Program-made: the position numbers and the translations under genes
Source: Thermoanaerobaculia bacterium
Lineage (GTDB): Bacteria; Acidobacteriota; Thermoanaerobaculia; UBA5066
Direction of reading: 5' to 3'
NCBI GenBank assembly: GCA_038245905.1
Contig: JBBRRY010000029.1
Coordinates: forward strand, 1 to 50,848
DNA: 50,848 bases
Notes under the pieces: model-generated
Seen by the model: the letters and a program-made list of their open reading frames with translations, nothing else
What the model was told of the DNA's origin: nothing
Databases searched by the model: none
In this document: positions 27,651 through 40,094 of the stretch, piece after piece
Numbering within the stretch: position 1 is the first letter of the stretch
Layout: each line of letters begins with the position of its first letter

Positions 27651-28613
27651 TCATTTCGTGAGACCGAGCAGGCGCGGCCACGTTCCCGTGCTCTCGAAGG
27701 CACGCGGATGCTTCGCGCGATCGATGAGGTACTCGGCCATCGCGCGCACGATCCACCGGAAATTCTCCTCTCCGACGGAGGCCACGTCGGCATCGGGCGC
27801 GCAATTCATGAAGTCGATCGCGTAGGGGATGCCGTCACGCACGGCGAATTCCACGGTGTTCAGGTCGTACCCGAGAGCCTCGCAGAGGGCGAGGGAGCCC
27901 GCCGTCACCTTTTCGGCCATCGCCGCCGGGACGCTCTTGTCACGCGCCGCTTCGTAGCGGAGGTGGTGCGGCTCCTTCGGGGCGTACCCCATGATCCGGA
28001 CGTGCTTGCGGCCCACGACGTAGCAGCGGTAGTAGTCGGTGAACTCGATGGCTTCCTGGGCCATCATCTCAAGGTCGCGCGTCTTGTCGTATGCGAGGAA
28101 GAAGTCCTCCGGCGTGTCGCACTTGTAGACGTCCTTCCATCCGCCGCCGTTCGCGGGCTTCATGAAGATCGGGAAGCCGAGATAGCCGAAGACGTGATCC
28201 CAGTCGACCATGTCCATGTTGCGGAAAGACTTCTCGGTCGTGTTCGGCGGACGTTCCTTGTGCGGAAGGAGAACCGTCTTCGGCACGGCGACGCCGGCCG
28301 CGAGGGCGACGACGTTGTCGAAAAACTTGTCGTCGGCCGACCACCAGATCGGGTTGTTCACGACCGTGACACCGCGGGCGACGGCGCACTTCAGGAAGGT
28401 GCGGTAGAAAGGGACCTCGTGGCTGATCCGGTCCAGGATCACGGAATCCTCGAAGGACTGCTCCTGGGTGAGGTGCGAGATTTTCACGGGGCCGCTTTCG
28501 ATCGCGTCGCCGCTCTTCTTCGCGAGCTCGTTGATCTCGTTCATGAGGGCCCAGGGAAACGTGTCCTCCATGCCGAAGAGAACCCCGATTCGTTTGTTCG
28601 CAACCTGCGTCAT
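27651..28613 (-). CDS. RimK-like ATP-grasp ligase of unknown substrate
   Basis: DDKFF, VPKTVLLP, PIFMKPANGGGW, AQEAIEF, TVEFAVRDGIPYAIDFMNCAPD; GAGGGGAG RBS. Confidence 0.8.
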   Translation of the reverse strand: MTQVANKRIGVLFGMEDTFPWALMNEINELAKKSGDAIESGPVKISHLTQEQSFEDSVILDRISHEVPFYRTFLKCAVARGVTVVNNPIWWSADDKFFDNVVALAAGVAVPKTVLLPHKERPPNTTEKSFRNMDMVDWDHVFGYLGFPIFMKPANGGGWKDVYKCDTPEDFFLAYDKTRDLEMMAQEAIEFTDYYRCYVVGRKHVRIMGYAPKEPHHLRYEAARDKSVPAAMAEKVTAGSLALCEALGYDLNTVEFAVRDGIPYAIDFMNCAPDADVASVGEENFRWIVRAMAEYLIDRAKHPRAFESTGTWPRLLGLTK

Positions 28614-28708
28614 CGCACTCCCCCTCGCGGCGCGTGCCGCGCCGCGGCATCCTAGCGGACTCCGGAGAAGGCGCGCAATTTCGAGCCCCCGCGCTAGACT
28701 TCCCGCCC

Positions 28709-29405
28709 ATGAAAAGAGAGTACGGATCCTGGATGAGCGGCGCGCTCTCGCGCCCGATGGAGTACCTGTGGTTCGGGGACCGGGGCCGCCCCGTCCTCTT
28801 CTTTCCGACGTCGATGGGGCGCTTCTACCAGAACGAGGATTTCGGCCTCACGGGAGCGCTCGCGGACAAGGTCGACGCGGGCTGGCTCCAGCTGATCTGC
28901 GTGGACTCCGTCGACGCCGAAAGCTGGTACAACAAGAAGGCTTCGCCGAAGGACCGCGCCCGCCGGCACGATCAGTACGACCACTATCTGCGCGACGAAA
29001 TGCTCCCGTACATCACGTCGCGAACGGGAGGCAATATCGTGACCGTCGGCGCCTCGTTCGGCGCGTACCACGCCGCGAACGTGGCCGCGCGGTACCCCGG
29101 CGTCATCACGAAGGCGATCTGCTTTTCAGGCCTGTACGACGTCTACCAGTTCCTCGACGGCTATTGGGACGACACGTGCTACTACCACACGCCCATGGCC
29201 TACCTCGCGAACATGGACGAGGCCTGGAAGGAGAAGCTTCGCCAGGTGGAGTGGGTCGTCGCGACCGGTGAGAACGACTCGCTCGTGAAGCAAAATCGCG
29301 AGTTCGCGGCTCTTCTCGAGCGCCAGGGACAGCGAGTTCAGGCCGAGTTCTGGCCAGGCGTCTTCGGCCACGACTGGCCGTTTTGGAAGGAGCACATCCG
29401 CCGCT

Positions 29406-29413
<8 letters not shown>
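28709..29413 (+). CDS. Esterase-family alpha/beta hydrolase
   Basis: FPTSMGRF, nucleophile elbow GASFG, SGLYD, C-terminal GHDWPFW. Confidence 0.85.
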
Positions 29414-31676
<2,263 letters not shown>

Positions 31677-31778
31677 CTGACCCCGATTCTCTCACTCCCG
31701 GCCCGGAAGAATCGACCGACACTCGCGCGCCTCTTTCGACGTAAAATTCTTTCTTTGGACTCTTCGACAGAGGTGCCT

Positions 31779-33572
31779 ATGAAACGCGTCTCCCTCGCGC
31801 CGGCCGCGGCCCTCGTGGTCCTCACGAGTCTCGCCGCATTCCCCGCCCGTTCTCAGGAGCTCAGGGTCGAGGAGCACGTGCTTTCGAACGGGATGAAGCT
31901 CTTGCTCGTGCCCCGGCGCGACGAGCCGGTCGTCTCCGGGGGCTGGGTCGCCAGAGTCGGGAGCGCCAACGAACGGCCCGGCATCACGGGGATCAGCCAC
32001 CTCTTCGAGCACATGATGTTCAAGGGCACGGAGGCGATCGGCTCGAAGGAGCCCGCGCGCGACCAGAAGCTGATGGCCGAGCAGGAGCGGCTCCGCGGCC
32101 TCATGCGGGACGAAGAGGCAAAGATGCGCTCGGCCCTCCGGCGCGGCGAGATCGACGACATCACGAAGCCCGAGAGCAAGACCCCGAGGTACAAGGAGCT
32201 CGAGAAGGACTTCGACGCCCTCGTGAAGGAGCAGCGCGACCTCCTCGTGAAGAACGAATTCGACCGCATCTATACGAAGCAGGGCGCCTCGGGGATGAAC
32301 GCATCGACGAACTCGGACCTCACCCAGTACTTCATCACCGTGCCGAAGAACAAGCTCGAGCTCTGGATGTGGATGGAGTCCGACCGCCTGAAGGCTCCCG
32401 TCTTTCGCGAGTTCTACGCCGAGCGCGACGTCGTCTTCGAGGAGCGCCGCCTCCGGACGGAATCGACACCCACGGGCCGGCTCGACGAGGCCTTCGAGGA
32501 GATGTTCTGGCACGGCCACCCATACACATGGCCCGTCGTCGGCTACCCCTCGGACATTTCTGCGATCACGAAGGCTGACGCCGACGCGTATTACGCCCTC
32601 TTTTACGCGCCGAACAACATCACGGCCGTCCTCGTGGGCGACTTCGACCCGAAGGACGCCCTCGCGATGGCCGAACGGTATTTCGGGCGGATTCCCCGCG
32701 GCAAGAACCCGCCGCCTGAAATGACGATCCTCCCGCCGAAGTGGGAGGCGGAAATGCGCCTCAACGGGGAAGCGGACACGAACCCGCAGGTCGGCGTCGA
32801 CTGGCACACCGTGCCGTTCCAGCACAAGGACTCGTACGCGCTTCAAGTCCTCGCGCAGCTTCTCAACGGCCGCACGGGCCGTCTCTACAAAGCGATGGTC
32901 GTCGGGGACGGCGCCGTGGCGACAAACGTGACGGCGGGCGCCTTCTCGCGCAAGTACGCCGGCGAGTTCACCGTCGAGGCCGAGGTCAAGGACGGCAAGA
33001 CGCCCGAGGACGCCGAGAAGGCGATCTACGTCGAGCTCGAGAAGCTCAAGAAGGACCTCGTTCCTGCCGAAGAGCTGCAGAAGGTGAAGAACAACTTCGC
33101 CGCGCAGGTGTTCCGCTCGCTCCAGTCGAACATGGGGATCCTGTACCAGCTCATGGGCAACGAGGGGCGCGGCGACTGGAAAGAGCTCAACGAGGGTCCG
33201 AAAAAGGTTCAGGCCGTGACCTCCGAGGACGTGCGCCGCGTCGCCAGGACCTACCTCACGAAGGAAAACCGCGGCGTTGCGACCTACACGCGCAGGGCGG
33301 CCGCGGCGGGAGCGGCGGGAGCCGCAGCCACGCCCGAGGATCCCGCGCTTCTCGCCGTGCCCGAGCAGATGCGCCCGATGGTCAAGCAGACGCTCGCCCG
33401 GCTCGCCGCTTCGACAGACGCCGATAAGCTGCGGCAGATGATCGCGCAGATGGAGAGCCAGTCCGGGCAGATGCCGCCGCAGATGAAACCGGCCACGGAT
33501 CTCATCCTCCAGAAGGCCCGGGAGCGGCTGACCGAGCTCGAGAAGAGCCCGAAGACGACGGAGAAGAACTAG
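31779..33572 (+). CDS. M16 zinc peptidase, catalytic subunit, exported
   Basis: Signal peptide; inverted zincin motif HLFEH; NAST; EERRLR; HPY.WPVVG; YAPNN. Confidence 0.92.
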   Translation: MKRVSLAPAAALVVLTSLAAFPARSQELRVEEHVLSNGMKLLLVPRRDEPVVSGGWVARVGSANERPGITGISHLFEHMMFKGTEAIGSKEPARDQKLMAEQERLRGLMRDEEAKMRSALRRGEIDDITKPESKTPRYKELEKDFDALVKEQRDLLVKNEFDRIYTKQGASGMNASTNSDLTQYFITVPKNKLELWMWMESDRLKAPVFREFYAERDVVFEERRLRTESTPTGRLDEAFEEMFWHGHPYTWPVVGYPSDISAITKADADAYYALFYAPNNITAVLVGDFDPKDALAMAERYFGRIPRGKNPPPEMTILPPKWEAEMRLNGEADTNPQVGVDWHTVPFQHKDSYALQVLAQLLNGRTGRLYKAMVVGDGAVATNVTAGAFSRKYAGEFTVEAEVKDGKTPEDAEKAIYVELEKLKKDLVPAEELQKVKNNFAAQVFRSLQSNMGILYQLMGNEGRGDWKELNEGPKKVQAVTSEDVRRVARTYLTKENRGVATYTRRAAAAGAAGAAATPEDPALLAVPEQMRPMVKQTLARLAASTDADKLRQMIAQMESQSGQMPPQMKPATDLILQKARERLTELEKSPKTTEKN

Positions 33573-33574
33573 TC

Positions 33575-35146
33575 ATGAAGAACAACTTCGCGCCGGCGGC
33601 CCTTACCGCCTTTTCCGCCGTCTTTCTCGCATCCTTTCTCGCCGCGCCCCTTGCCGGCGCCGACGCCATCCCCGCGAAGCCCGATCAGCTCGCATTCAAG
33701 CCGTTCTCGTATACGCCTCCCGCCGCGAAGGATCACCGTACGGTCCTGAAATCGGGCGTCGTCGCTTATCTCGCGGAGAACCACGAGCTTCCGCTCGTCA
33801 ACATCCAGATCATCCTCAGAGGCGGGACCTACCTGGATGCGCCCGGCAAGAGCGGTCTCGCGGACTTGACCGGCTGGCTCCTCGCGCGCGGAGGCACGAA
33901 GAACCGGAAGGCCGAAGACCTCGAGGAGCGCCTCGCCTTCCTCGCCGCACAGCTCAATCCCGAGCGGCCCGACGGCCGTCCGACCGACGTGCGCGCTTCG
34001 GGCTACATGGACGATCGCGGGATCGTCTCCTTGAATCTCCTCTCGAAGGATCTCGACGAGGGCCTCGCGATCCTCCGCGAGGTCCTCACGGAGCCGGCCT
34101 TCCAGGAGGATCGCCTCAAGCTCCGCAAGGAAAAGCTCCTCGCCGACATGAAGCAGCGGAACGACAGCTCCGCGGACATCGAGCGGCGCGAGCGTTCGTT
34201 CCTTCTCTACGGTGACGACTTCTACCTGAATCATTTCGAGACCAAGGCCTCCATCGAAGGGCTCACGCGCGAGGACCTCGTGGCATTCCATCGCAAGTGG
34301 GTCCACCCGAAGAACATGCTCATCGCGGCAGCGGGCGACTTCAAAAAGGCCGAGATGGCCGCGAAGCTCGACAAGCTCCTCGCAAACTGGCCTTTCAAGG
34401 GCGAGGCGGCGCCACCGGTGCCGAAGCCATCCCACACGATGACCCCCGGGACGTTCCTCGTCGACAAGGACGTCAACCAGGGACGCGTCTCGATCCTGCT
34501 GCCGGGCCTCCTGCGCACCGACCCCGACTTCTTCGCGGCCGCCGTCATGAACGACATCCTCGGCGGCGGCGGGTTCACGAGCCGCATCACGAACCGGGTC
34601 CGCTCAGACGAAGGCCTCGCGTACTCGGCGGGATCGCAGCTCCAGCCGGGTGTCTGGTATCCGGGCCGCTTCGGCGCCGCGTTCCAGTCCAAGGTGCGCA
34701 CCGCCGCCTACGCCTCGCAGATCGTGATCGAGGAAATGACGAAGCTTCGGGACGGCGACGCGACGGACGAGGAGTTGGAAACGGCGAAGCGTTCGTTCAT
34801 CGACACCCTCCCCCGCCGCTTCGCGACACGCGCGCAGGTCGTGGGCCTCCTCGCGGACGAGGAATACACGGGTCGTTACGCCTCGGATCCTCTCTATTAC
34901 GCGAAGTACCAGGCGAACGTCGAGAAGGTGACGAAGGCCGACGTGAAACGGGCGGCTCAGCGGCTTCTCAAGCCCAACGCCGTGACGCTTCTCGTCGTCG
35001 GGAAGAAAGCCGACCTCCTGAACCCCGACCCTAAACACCCCGTGAAGTTCGCCGATCTCACGAACGGGAAGTTGACCGAGGTTCCGTTGCGCGATCCCTT
35101 CACGATGAAGCCCCTGACGACGGCGCCGGGTGGAAGCGCGAAGTGA
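33575..35146 (+). CDS. M16 peptidase, non-catalytic partner subunit, exported
   Basis: No HxxEH; ILGGGGFTSR and RSDEGLAYS (R/Y pair); signal peptide. Confidence 0.88.
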   Translation: MKNNFAPAALTAFSAVFLASFLAAPLAGADAIPAKPDQLAFKPFSYTPPAAKDHRTVLKSGVVAYLAENHELPLVNIQIILRGGTYLDAPGKSGLADLTGWLLARGGTKNRKAEDLEERLAFLAAQLNPERPDGRPTDVRASGYMDDRGIVSLNLLSKDLDEGLAILREVLTEPAFQEDRLKLRKEKLLADMKQRNDSSADIERRERSFLLYGDDFYLNHFETKASIEGLTREDLVAFHRKWVHPKNMLIAAAGDFKKAEMAAKLDKLLANWPFKGEAAPPVPKPSHTMTPGTFLVDKDVNQGRVSILLPGLLRTDPDFFAAAVMNDILGGGGFTSRITNRVRSDEGLAYSAGSQLQPGVWYPGRFGAAFQSKVRTAAYASQIVIEEMTKLRDGDATDEELETAKRSFIDTLPRRFATRAQVVGLLADEEYTGRYASDPLYYAKYQANVEKVTKADVKRAAQRLLKPNAVTLLVVGKKADLLNPDPKHPVKFADLTNGKLTEVPLRDPFTMKPLTTAPGGSAK

Positions 35147-37248
35147 TCCTTTTCGCCGCCGTTCTCGCGGCGCAGGCCCTCACCCTGGAGACGATTTCCG
35201 CGCCGACCCCGGCCCCCTCGGCATGGGCTTGGCGCGACGCCACGCACGTCACTTGGATCGTGTCCGAGGGTCCGGGCTCCGAGACGCCCGCGACGCTTTG
35301 GGAGTTCGATACCGTGACTGGTTCGAAAGCGAAGCTGTTCGACGCCGTGAGCGTCAAGGACCGCTCGGGGAAGGACCGAAAGCTCTCTCCCCGCGGAGGA
35401 AAATGGAGCCCGAAAGGCGACGTCTTCCTCGTGTCCTTCGACTACGATCTCTGGCTCCTAGCGCCCGGCGGCGAGCCAAAGCGCCTCACGAACGACGCCG
35501 ACGACGAGGAATCCGCGACCTTCTCGCCGGACGGCTCGCGTGTCGCGTATGTCAAGAAGTCCGACCTCTGGACCATCGAGCGCTCGTCGGGCCGGGAGAC
35601 GCGCCTCACGACGACGGGCACCGACCATGTCTTCAACGGGAAGCTCGACTGGGTCTACGAAGAGGAGCTCGCGAACCGCCGCGGAAGCCCGTCCTACGAG
35701 TGGGCGCCCGACTCTTCGGCGATCGTCTACCTCCGTCTCGACGAGAACCGGGTGCCCACCTTCCCCGTCGTGGACTTCACGCCCGTGAACGGGAGGGTCC
35801 TCCCGCAGCGCTATCCGAAGGCCGGCGATCCGAATGCGATTCCTTCCGTCCACGTCGTCGACCTCGACGGAAAAGAGACAGCCTCCTTCGCGCCGAGCCC
35901 CGACGACGTCTACATCGCCCCCCAGCTCACATGGACCGCCGACGGAAAGCAGGCCTGCTTCCTCGTCCTCGACCGCCCGCAGACGACTGTCGAGGTCTGG
36001 CTCCTGCCGCGCGCGGGTGGTAAGCCTTCGAAGCTCCTGACCGAGACCGACGCCACGTGGATCAACGCCATCGAGCCTCCGCGCTTCCTCGCCGACGGCA
36101 CGTTTCTCTTCCGGTCAGAGCGCAGCGGCTTTCAGCACCTCTACCGCTACGCGGTGGACGCGACGCTCCGGAACGCCGTGACGAAGGGCGACTGGATGAT
36201 CGACGGGTCGATCGCGATCGACGAGAAGGGCGGCGTCGCGTGGTTCACCGCCACCGAGAAGGACCCGCGGGAGCGACACGTCTACCGCGTGAAGCTCGAC
36301 GGGACCGACTTCAGGCGCGTCACCGAGGAGCGCGGCGTCCACTCGCTGACGCTGTCGGCCTCCGGGAACGCCTTCGTCAGCACGTATTCGAACACGACGA
36401 CGCAGCCGAAGACGGTCCTCCGCACGGCGAACGGGAGCGTCGCCTCGATTCTCGACGAGTCTCCCGGCCCCCTCGCCGGCTACACCCTCGGCTCGATCGA
36501 GATGAGCTCGTTCAGGGGCTCCGACGGCACGCTCTTCTACACGAGGCTCGTCAAGCCGCCCGACTTCGACCCGGCGAAGAAATATCCCGCCATCGTCTAT
36601 GTCTACGGTGGGCCGCATACGCAGGTCGTGCAGGATCGCTGGGGAGCGGTCTCCGGCGTCGATCACCTTCTCGCGTCGAAGGGATTCCTCGTCTTCACGA
36701 TGGACAACCGCGGCTCGTGGGGCCGAGGCCACGCGTTCGAGACGCCGATCCTCAGGAACATGGGCGCCCAGGAGTCGAAGGACCAGCTCGAGGGCGTCGC
36801 CGAACTCGCGAAGAAGCCCTTCGTCGACACGACGCGGCTCGGGCTCTGGGGCTGGTCTTACGGCGGCTACATGACGCTCTATCTCGCCACGCACGCGGGC
36901 GAGAAGTTCAAGTGCGCGCTCGCGGGCGCACCGGTCGCCGACTGGAAGCTCTACGACTCCATTTACACAGAGCGCACCATGAAGAGTCCCAAAGACAATC
37001 CCGAGGGCTACAAGGCGTCCTCGCCGCTCGAGGCCGCGAAACAGCTCTCGACGAAGCTCCTCATCGTCCACGGCACGTCCGACGACAACGTCCACATGCA
37101 GAACTCGATCCGCTTCATCGACGAGCTCATGAAGGCGCGAAAGGACTTCTTCTTCGTGCCCCTGCCGCGGCAGCAGCACGGGCCCCGCCGGGAGGCGCTT
37201 CTCTACCGCAACCAGCGCCTCGTGGAGTGGTTCGAGAAGAACCTGTAG
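35143..37248 (+). CDS. S9B dipeptidyl-peptidase IV family
   Basis: DWVYEEE, YPKAGDPN, YGGP, GWSYGG, HGTSDDNVH, catalytic His in QQHG. Confidence 0.93.
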   Translation: MILFAAVLAAQALTLETISAPTPAPSAWAWRDATHVTWIVSEGPGSETPATLWEFDTVTGSKAKLFDAVSVKDRSGKDRKLSPRGGKWSPKGDVFLVSFDYDLWLLAPGGEPKRLTNDADDEESATFSPDGSRVAYVKKSDLWTIERSSGRETRLTTTGTDHVFNGKLDWVYEEELANRRGSPSYEWAPDSSAIVYLRLDENRVPTFPVVDFTPVNGRVLPQRYPKAGDPNAIPSVHVVDLDGKETASFAPSPDDVYIAPQLTWTADGKQACFLVLDRPQTTVEVWLLPRAGGKPSKLLTETDATWINAIEPPRFLADGTFLFRSERSGFQHLYRYAVDATLRNAVTKGDWMIDGSIAIDEKGGVAWFTATEKDPRERHVYRVKLDGTDFRRVTEERGVHSLTLSASGNAFVSTYSNTTTQPKTVLRTANGSVASILDESPGPLAGYTLGSIEMSSFRGSDGTLFYTRLVKPPDFDPAKKYPAIVYVYGGPHTQVVQDRWGAVSGVDHLLASKGFLVFTMDNRGSWGRGHAFETPILRNMGAQESKDQLEGVAELAKKPFVDTTRLGLWGWSYGGYMTLYLATHAGEKFKCALAGAPVADWKLYDSIYTERTMKSPKDNPEGYKASSPLEAAKQLSTKLLIVHGTSDDNVHMQNSIRFIDELMKARKDFFFVPLPRQQHGPRREALLYRNQRLVEWFEKNL

Positions 37249-37258
37249 GAGAGGCGAT

Positions 37259-38143
37259 CTAGCTCCTCCGCGCCGCGGCTCGCCTCACGCCCAGGAAGAC
37301 GCCGCCGAGGATCATCGCGGTCCCGAGGAAAGCGCGCGCTCCGAGACGCTCGCCGAGGACGGCCGCTCCGAGCGCGACCGCGAGAACGGGCGTCACGAGC
37401 GAGACGAGCAGCACCTTCGTCACGTCCATCCGCCGAAGGAGCCAGTAGAAGAGCAGGAACGCGACCACCGAGCCCACGAGGGCAAGGTACAGCAACGAAA
37501 GAACCGCGCGGGGCGTCCACCGGAACGCAAGCGGGCTGCCCTCGAGCACGAAGCCGGCGGCGACGAGCGGAACGAGGCCGAAGCTCATCTGCACGGCGGC
37601 GAGAATCACGGGGTCGAAGGAACCGCCCCGCGCCTTCACGAGGACATTCGCGACCGCCACGGCGAATGCGCCCACGACGATCGCGAGGCCCCCGCGGAGC
37701 GCGTCGAGTCCCGCGAGCGCCTGACGATCGGAGAAGATCACGGCAACGCCCGCGATGCCGAGAGCGACGCCGAGCACTTTCGGCAGCGTCATCCGGTCGC
37801 CCGGCAAAAGGAGGTGGGCGATCACGAGACCGAAGGCCGGGATCGTCGCCTGCAGGACGGCCGCGAGGCCCGAGGACGTGCGCGCCTCCCCCCAGAAGAG
37901 AAGCCCGTAGTTCAGGGAGAAAGCCAGGAAGCCCGTCAGCGCGAGAAACGCCCACGCCCGAAGTCCTTTCGGCAGGGGCGACCTTCGAATCGCCACGATG
38001 CCCCAGAGGACGGCCGAGGCGACGACGAATCTCAGGCCCGCGAAGCTGACCGGCGGCAGGTCGGCGAGGCCGAGCTTGATGAAGAGCCACGTCGAGCCCC
38101 AGATAAGGCAGAGGACGAGCCAGACGGCGACGGCGAGCGGCAC
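37259..38143 (-). CDS. EamA/DMT family transporter
   Basis: IWGSTW, two 5-TM EamA repeats, LGERL. Confidence 0.9.
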   Translation of the reverse strand: MPLAVAVWLVLCLIWGSTWLFIKLGLADLPPVSFAGLRFVVASAVLWGIVAIRRSPLPKGLRAWAFLALTGFLAFSLNYGLLFWGEARTSSGLAAVLQATIPAFGLVIAHLLLPGDRMTLPKVLGVALGIAGVAVIFSDRQALAGLDALRGGLAIVVGAFAVAVANVLVKARGGSFDPVILAAVQMSFGLVPLVAAGFVLEGSPLAFRWTPRAVLSLLYLALVGSVVAFLLFYWLLRRMDVTKVLLVSLVTPVLAVALGAAVLGERLGARAFLGTAMILGGVFLGVRRAAARRS

Positions 38144-38219
38144 GGTCCGAGGTTAGAAGAAGTCCCTGCCCGGCGGGAGCGCCGAGTCGACCAACCGCCG
38201 CTCGAACGCGTAGACGCCG

Positions 38220-38663
38220 TCAGAAGGGCTTCGGCGTAATGGTGAGCGCCAGCGAGCCCTTCACGGCCTTGGACACGATGCAGTACTTTTCGGCGAGGGC
38301 GAGCGTCTTCTCGACATCCGCCCGTCGCGCCTCCCAGAGAGCCGCGGGCACGTGCGGGGCGAGGTTCATCTTCGTGACGAGAAAACCTCCTGCAGGATCC
38401 TTGTCGACCTCGCACGATCCGTCCAGCGCCGGCCTCTCGATCGGAAGCTGCAGCTTCGCGAGGAAGATCGCCCACGTCTGGACGAAGCACGCCGAAACGC
38501 CGGCAAGGAGCAGCTCCTCGGGGTTCGGAGCTCCCGCCTTCCCGCCGAGAGACACGGCGCCCACGTGAACGACCTTCAGGCTGCCGTCCGAGGTCTCGAG
38601 CGTGCCTTCCTTCGAAGCGGGATCCCAGGTCGCGGCGATCGAGAACGTGTGCACGGTGGACAT
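38220..38663 (-). CDS. OsmC/Ohr-family protein
   Basis: NPEELLLAGVSAC and AEKYCIVS (two conserved Cys). Confidence 0.88.
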   Translation of the reverse strand: MSTVHTFSIAATWDPASKEGTLETSDGSLKVVHVGAVSLGGKAGAPNPEELLLAGVSACFVQTWAIFLAKLQLPIERPALDGSCEVDKDPAGGFLVTKMNLAPHVPAALWEARRADVEKTLALAEKYCIVSKAVKGSLALTITPKPF

Positions 38664-38696
38664 GACGATTCTCCCTCTTTCTGGGCCCCTGGGCCT

Positions 38697-40094
38697 TCAG
38701 GCCCGGATCACGAGGAGCCGGGGCTCGGTGAATTCTTCCATCGCGTAGGCCGGACCCTCGCGCCCCGAGCCGGACTCCTTCACGCCGCCGTAGGGCATCC
38801 GGTCCGCGCGCCACGTCGGGACGTCGTTGACGAGAACGGCGGCGACCTCGAGGACGTCCCAGGCGCGCTGGATGCGCCCCAGATCCCGCGTAAAGACTCC
38901 CGTCTGCATGCCGTATTTCGAGTCGTTCACTCGGCGAAGCGCGTCGTCCCAGTCGTCGTAAGGGACGAGCGTCACGACGGGCGCGAAGACTTCCTGCGAC
39001 TCGACCTTCATCGACGGCGTCGTGTTCTCGAGGATCGTGGGGATCAGGCACTCCCCTAGACGTGTCCCGCCGGACAGCGCCGTCGCGCCGCCCCCGACGG
39101 CTTCCTGGACCCAACGCTCGGCGCGGGCCGCCTCTTCGGGCGTGATCATCGGACCGACGTCCGTCTTCTCGTCGAGCGGATCTCCGACGACGAGCTCCGC
39201 CGCCCTTTGGAGCAGCTTCGCGCGGAACGCCTCGAGGATCGGACGGTGCACGAGCGCGCGCTGAACGGAAATGCACGACTGACCCGCGTACGAAAACGCG
39301 CCCGCAGCGGTGCGCCGCGCCGCGTCGTCGAGGTCCGCGTCGGAGTGGACGACGACGGCCGCGTTTCCACCCAGCTCGAGGGCGACGCGCTTTCCCGGCA
39401 CGAGCGCCTTGAGCCGCCATCCCACCGCGCCCGAGCCCGTGAAGGACACGACCTTGAGACGAGGGTCGAGGACGAGCGCCTCGGCGGCGGCTCCCGGGAT
39501 CGGGAGGACGATGTACGCGTCCTTCGGCCAGCCGGCGGCAAGCACGATCTCCCGGAGCGCGAGCGCCGAGAGCGGCGTCTGGGATGCGGGCTTCTGGACG
39601 ACCGGGGCGCCCACGGCGATCGCGGGCGCCACCTTGTGGGCCGTCAGGTTGAGCGGAAAATTGAAAGGCGTGATCGCGAGGACGGGCCCGAGCGGGACTC
39701 GCTTGACGACTCCCCACCGGCCGAGCGAGGCGGCGTTCACGTCGAGCGGCAGCATCTCGCCCGTCTCGGCCTCGAGCGCGGCGGCCGCCGCCGAGAACGT
39801 CGCCGCGGCGCGCTCGGACTCCGTGCGCGCGGCCTTCAGGGGCTTGCCGGCCTCGGCGGCGATCGTGCGCGCGAGCTCGTCCCGCCGCCGTTCGATCTCG
39901 GCCGCGACCTTCCGGAGGATGGCGACGCGCATGTACGTGGGAAGAGCCCGCGTCTCCTCGAAGGCGCGGACAGAGCGCTGGACCGCGGCCTCGATCTCTT
40001 CGGAGGACGGGCGAGGAAGTCGCGCCAGCTCCCGGCCGCCGAACGGTGCCCGCACGATCATGACGTCGGAGGACAGGACGTCGTAGCCGCTCAC
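38697..40094 (-). CDS. Aldehyde dehydrogenase family protein
   Basis: ITPFNFPLN, KPASQTP, SFTGS, LELGGN, AGQSCIS, EVFAP, PYGGVKESGSGREG; GTG start overlaps the upstream TGA. Confidence 0.93.
   Translation of the reverse strand: MSGYDVLSSDVMIVRAPFGGRELARLPRPSSEEIEAAVQRSVRAFEETRALPTYMRVAILRKVAAEIERRRDELARTIAAEAGKPLKAARTESERAAATFSAAAAALEAETGEMLPLDVNAASLGRWGVVKRVPLGPVLAITPFNFPLNLTAHKVAPAIAVGAPVVQKPASQTPLSALALREIVLAAGWPKDAYIVLPIPGAAAEALVLDPRLKVVSFTGSGAVGWRLKALVPGKRVALELGGNAAVVVHSDADLDDAARRTAAGAFSYAGQSCISVQRALVHRPILEAFRAKLLQRAAELVVGDPLDEKTDVGPMITPEEAARAERWVQEAVGGGATALSGGTRLGECLIPTILENTTPSMKVESQEVFAPVVTLVPYDDWDDALRRVNDSKYGMQTGVFTRDLGRIQRAWDVLEVAAVLVNDVPTWRADRMPYGGVKESGSGREGPAYAMEEFTEPRLLVIRA

Noticed and set aside
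28626-28646. Perfect GC palindrome CGCGGCGCG-TGC-CGCGCCGCG upstream of the ATP-grasp gene
   Set aside because: All-GC arms are likely by chance at this composition; there is no U-tract or second copy.
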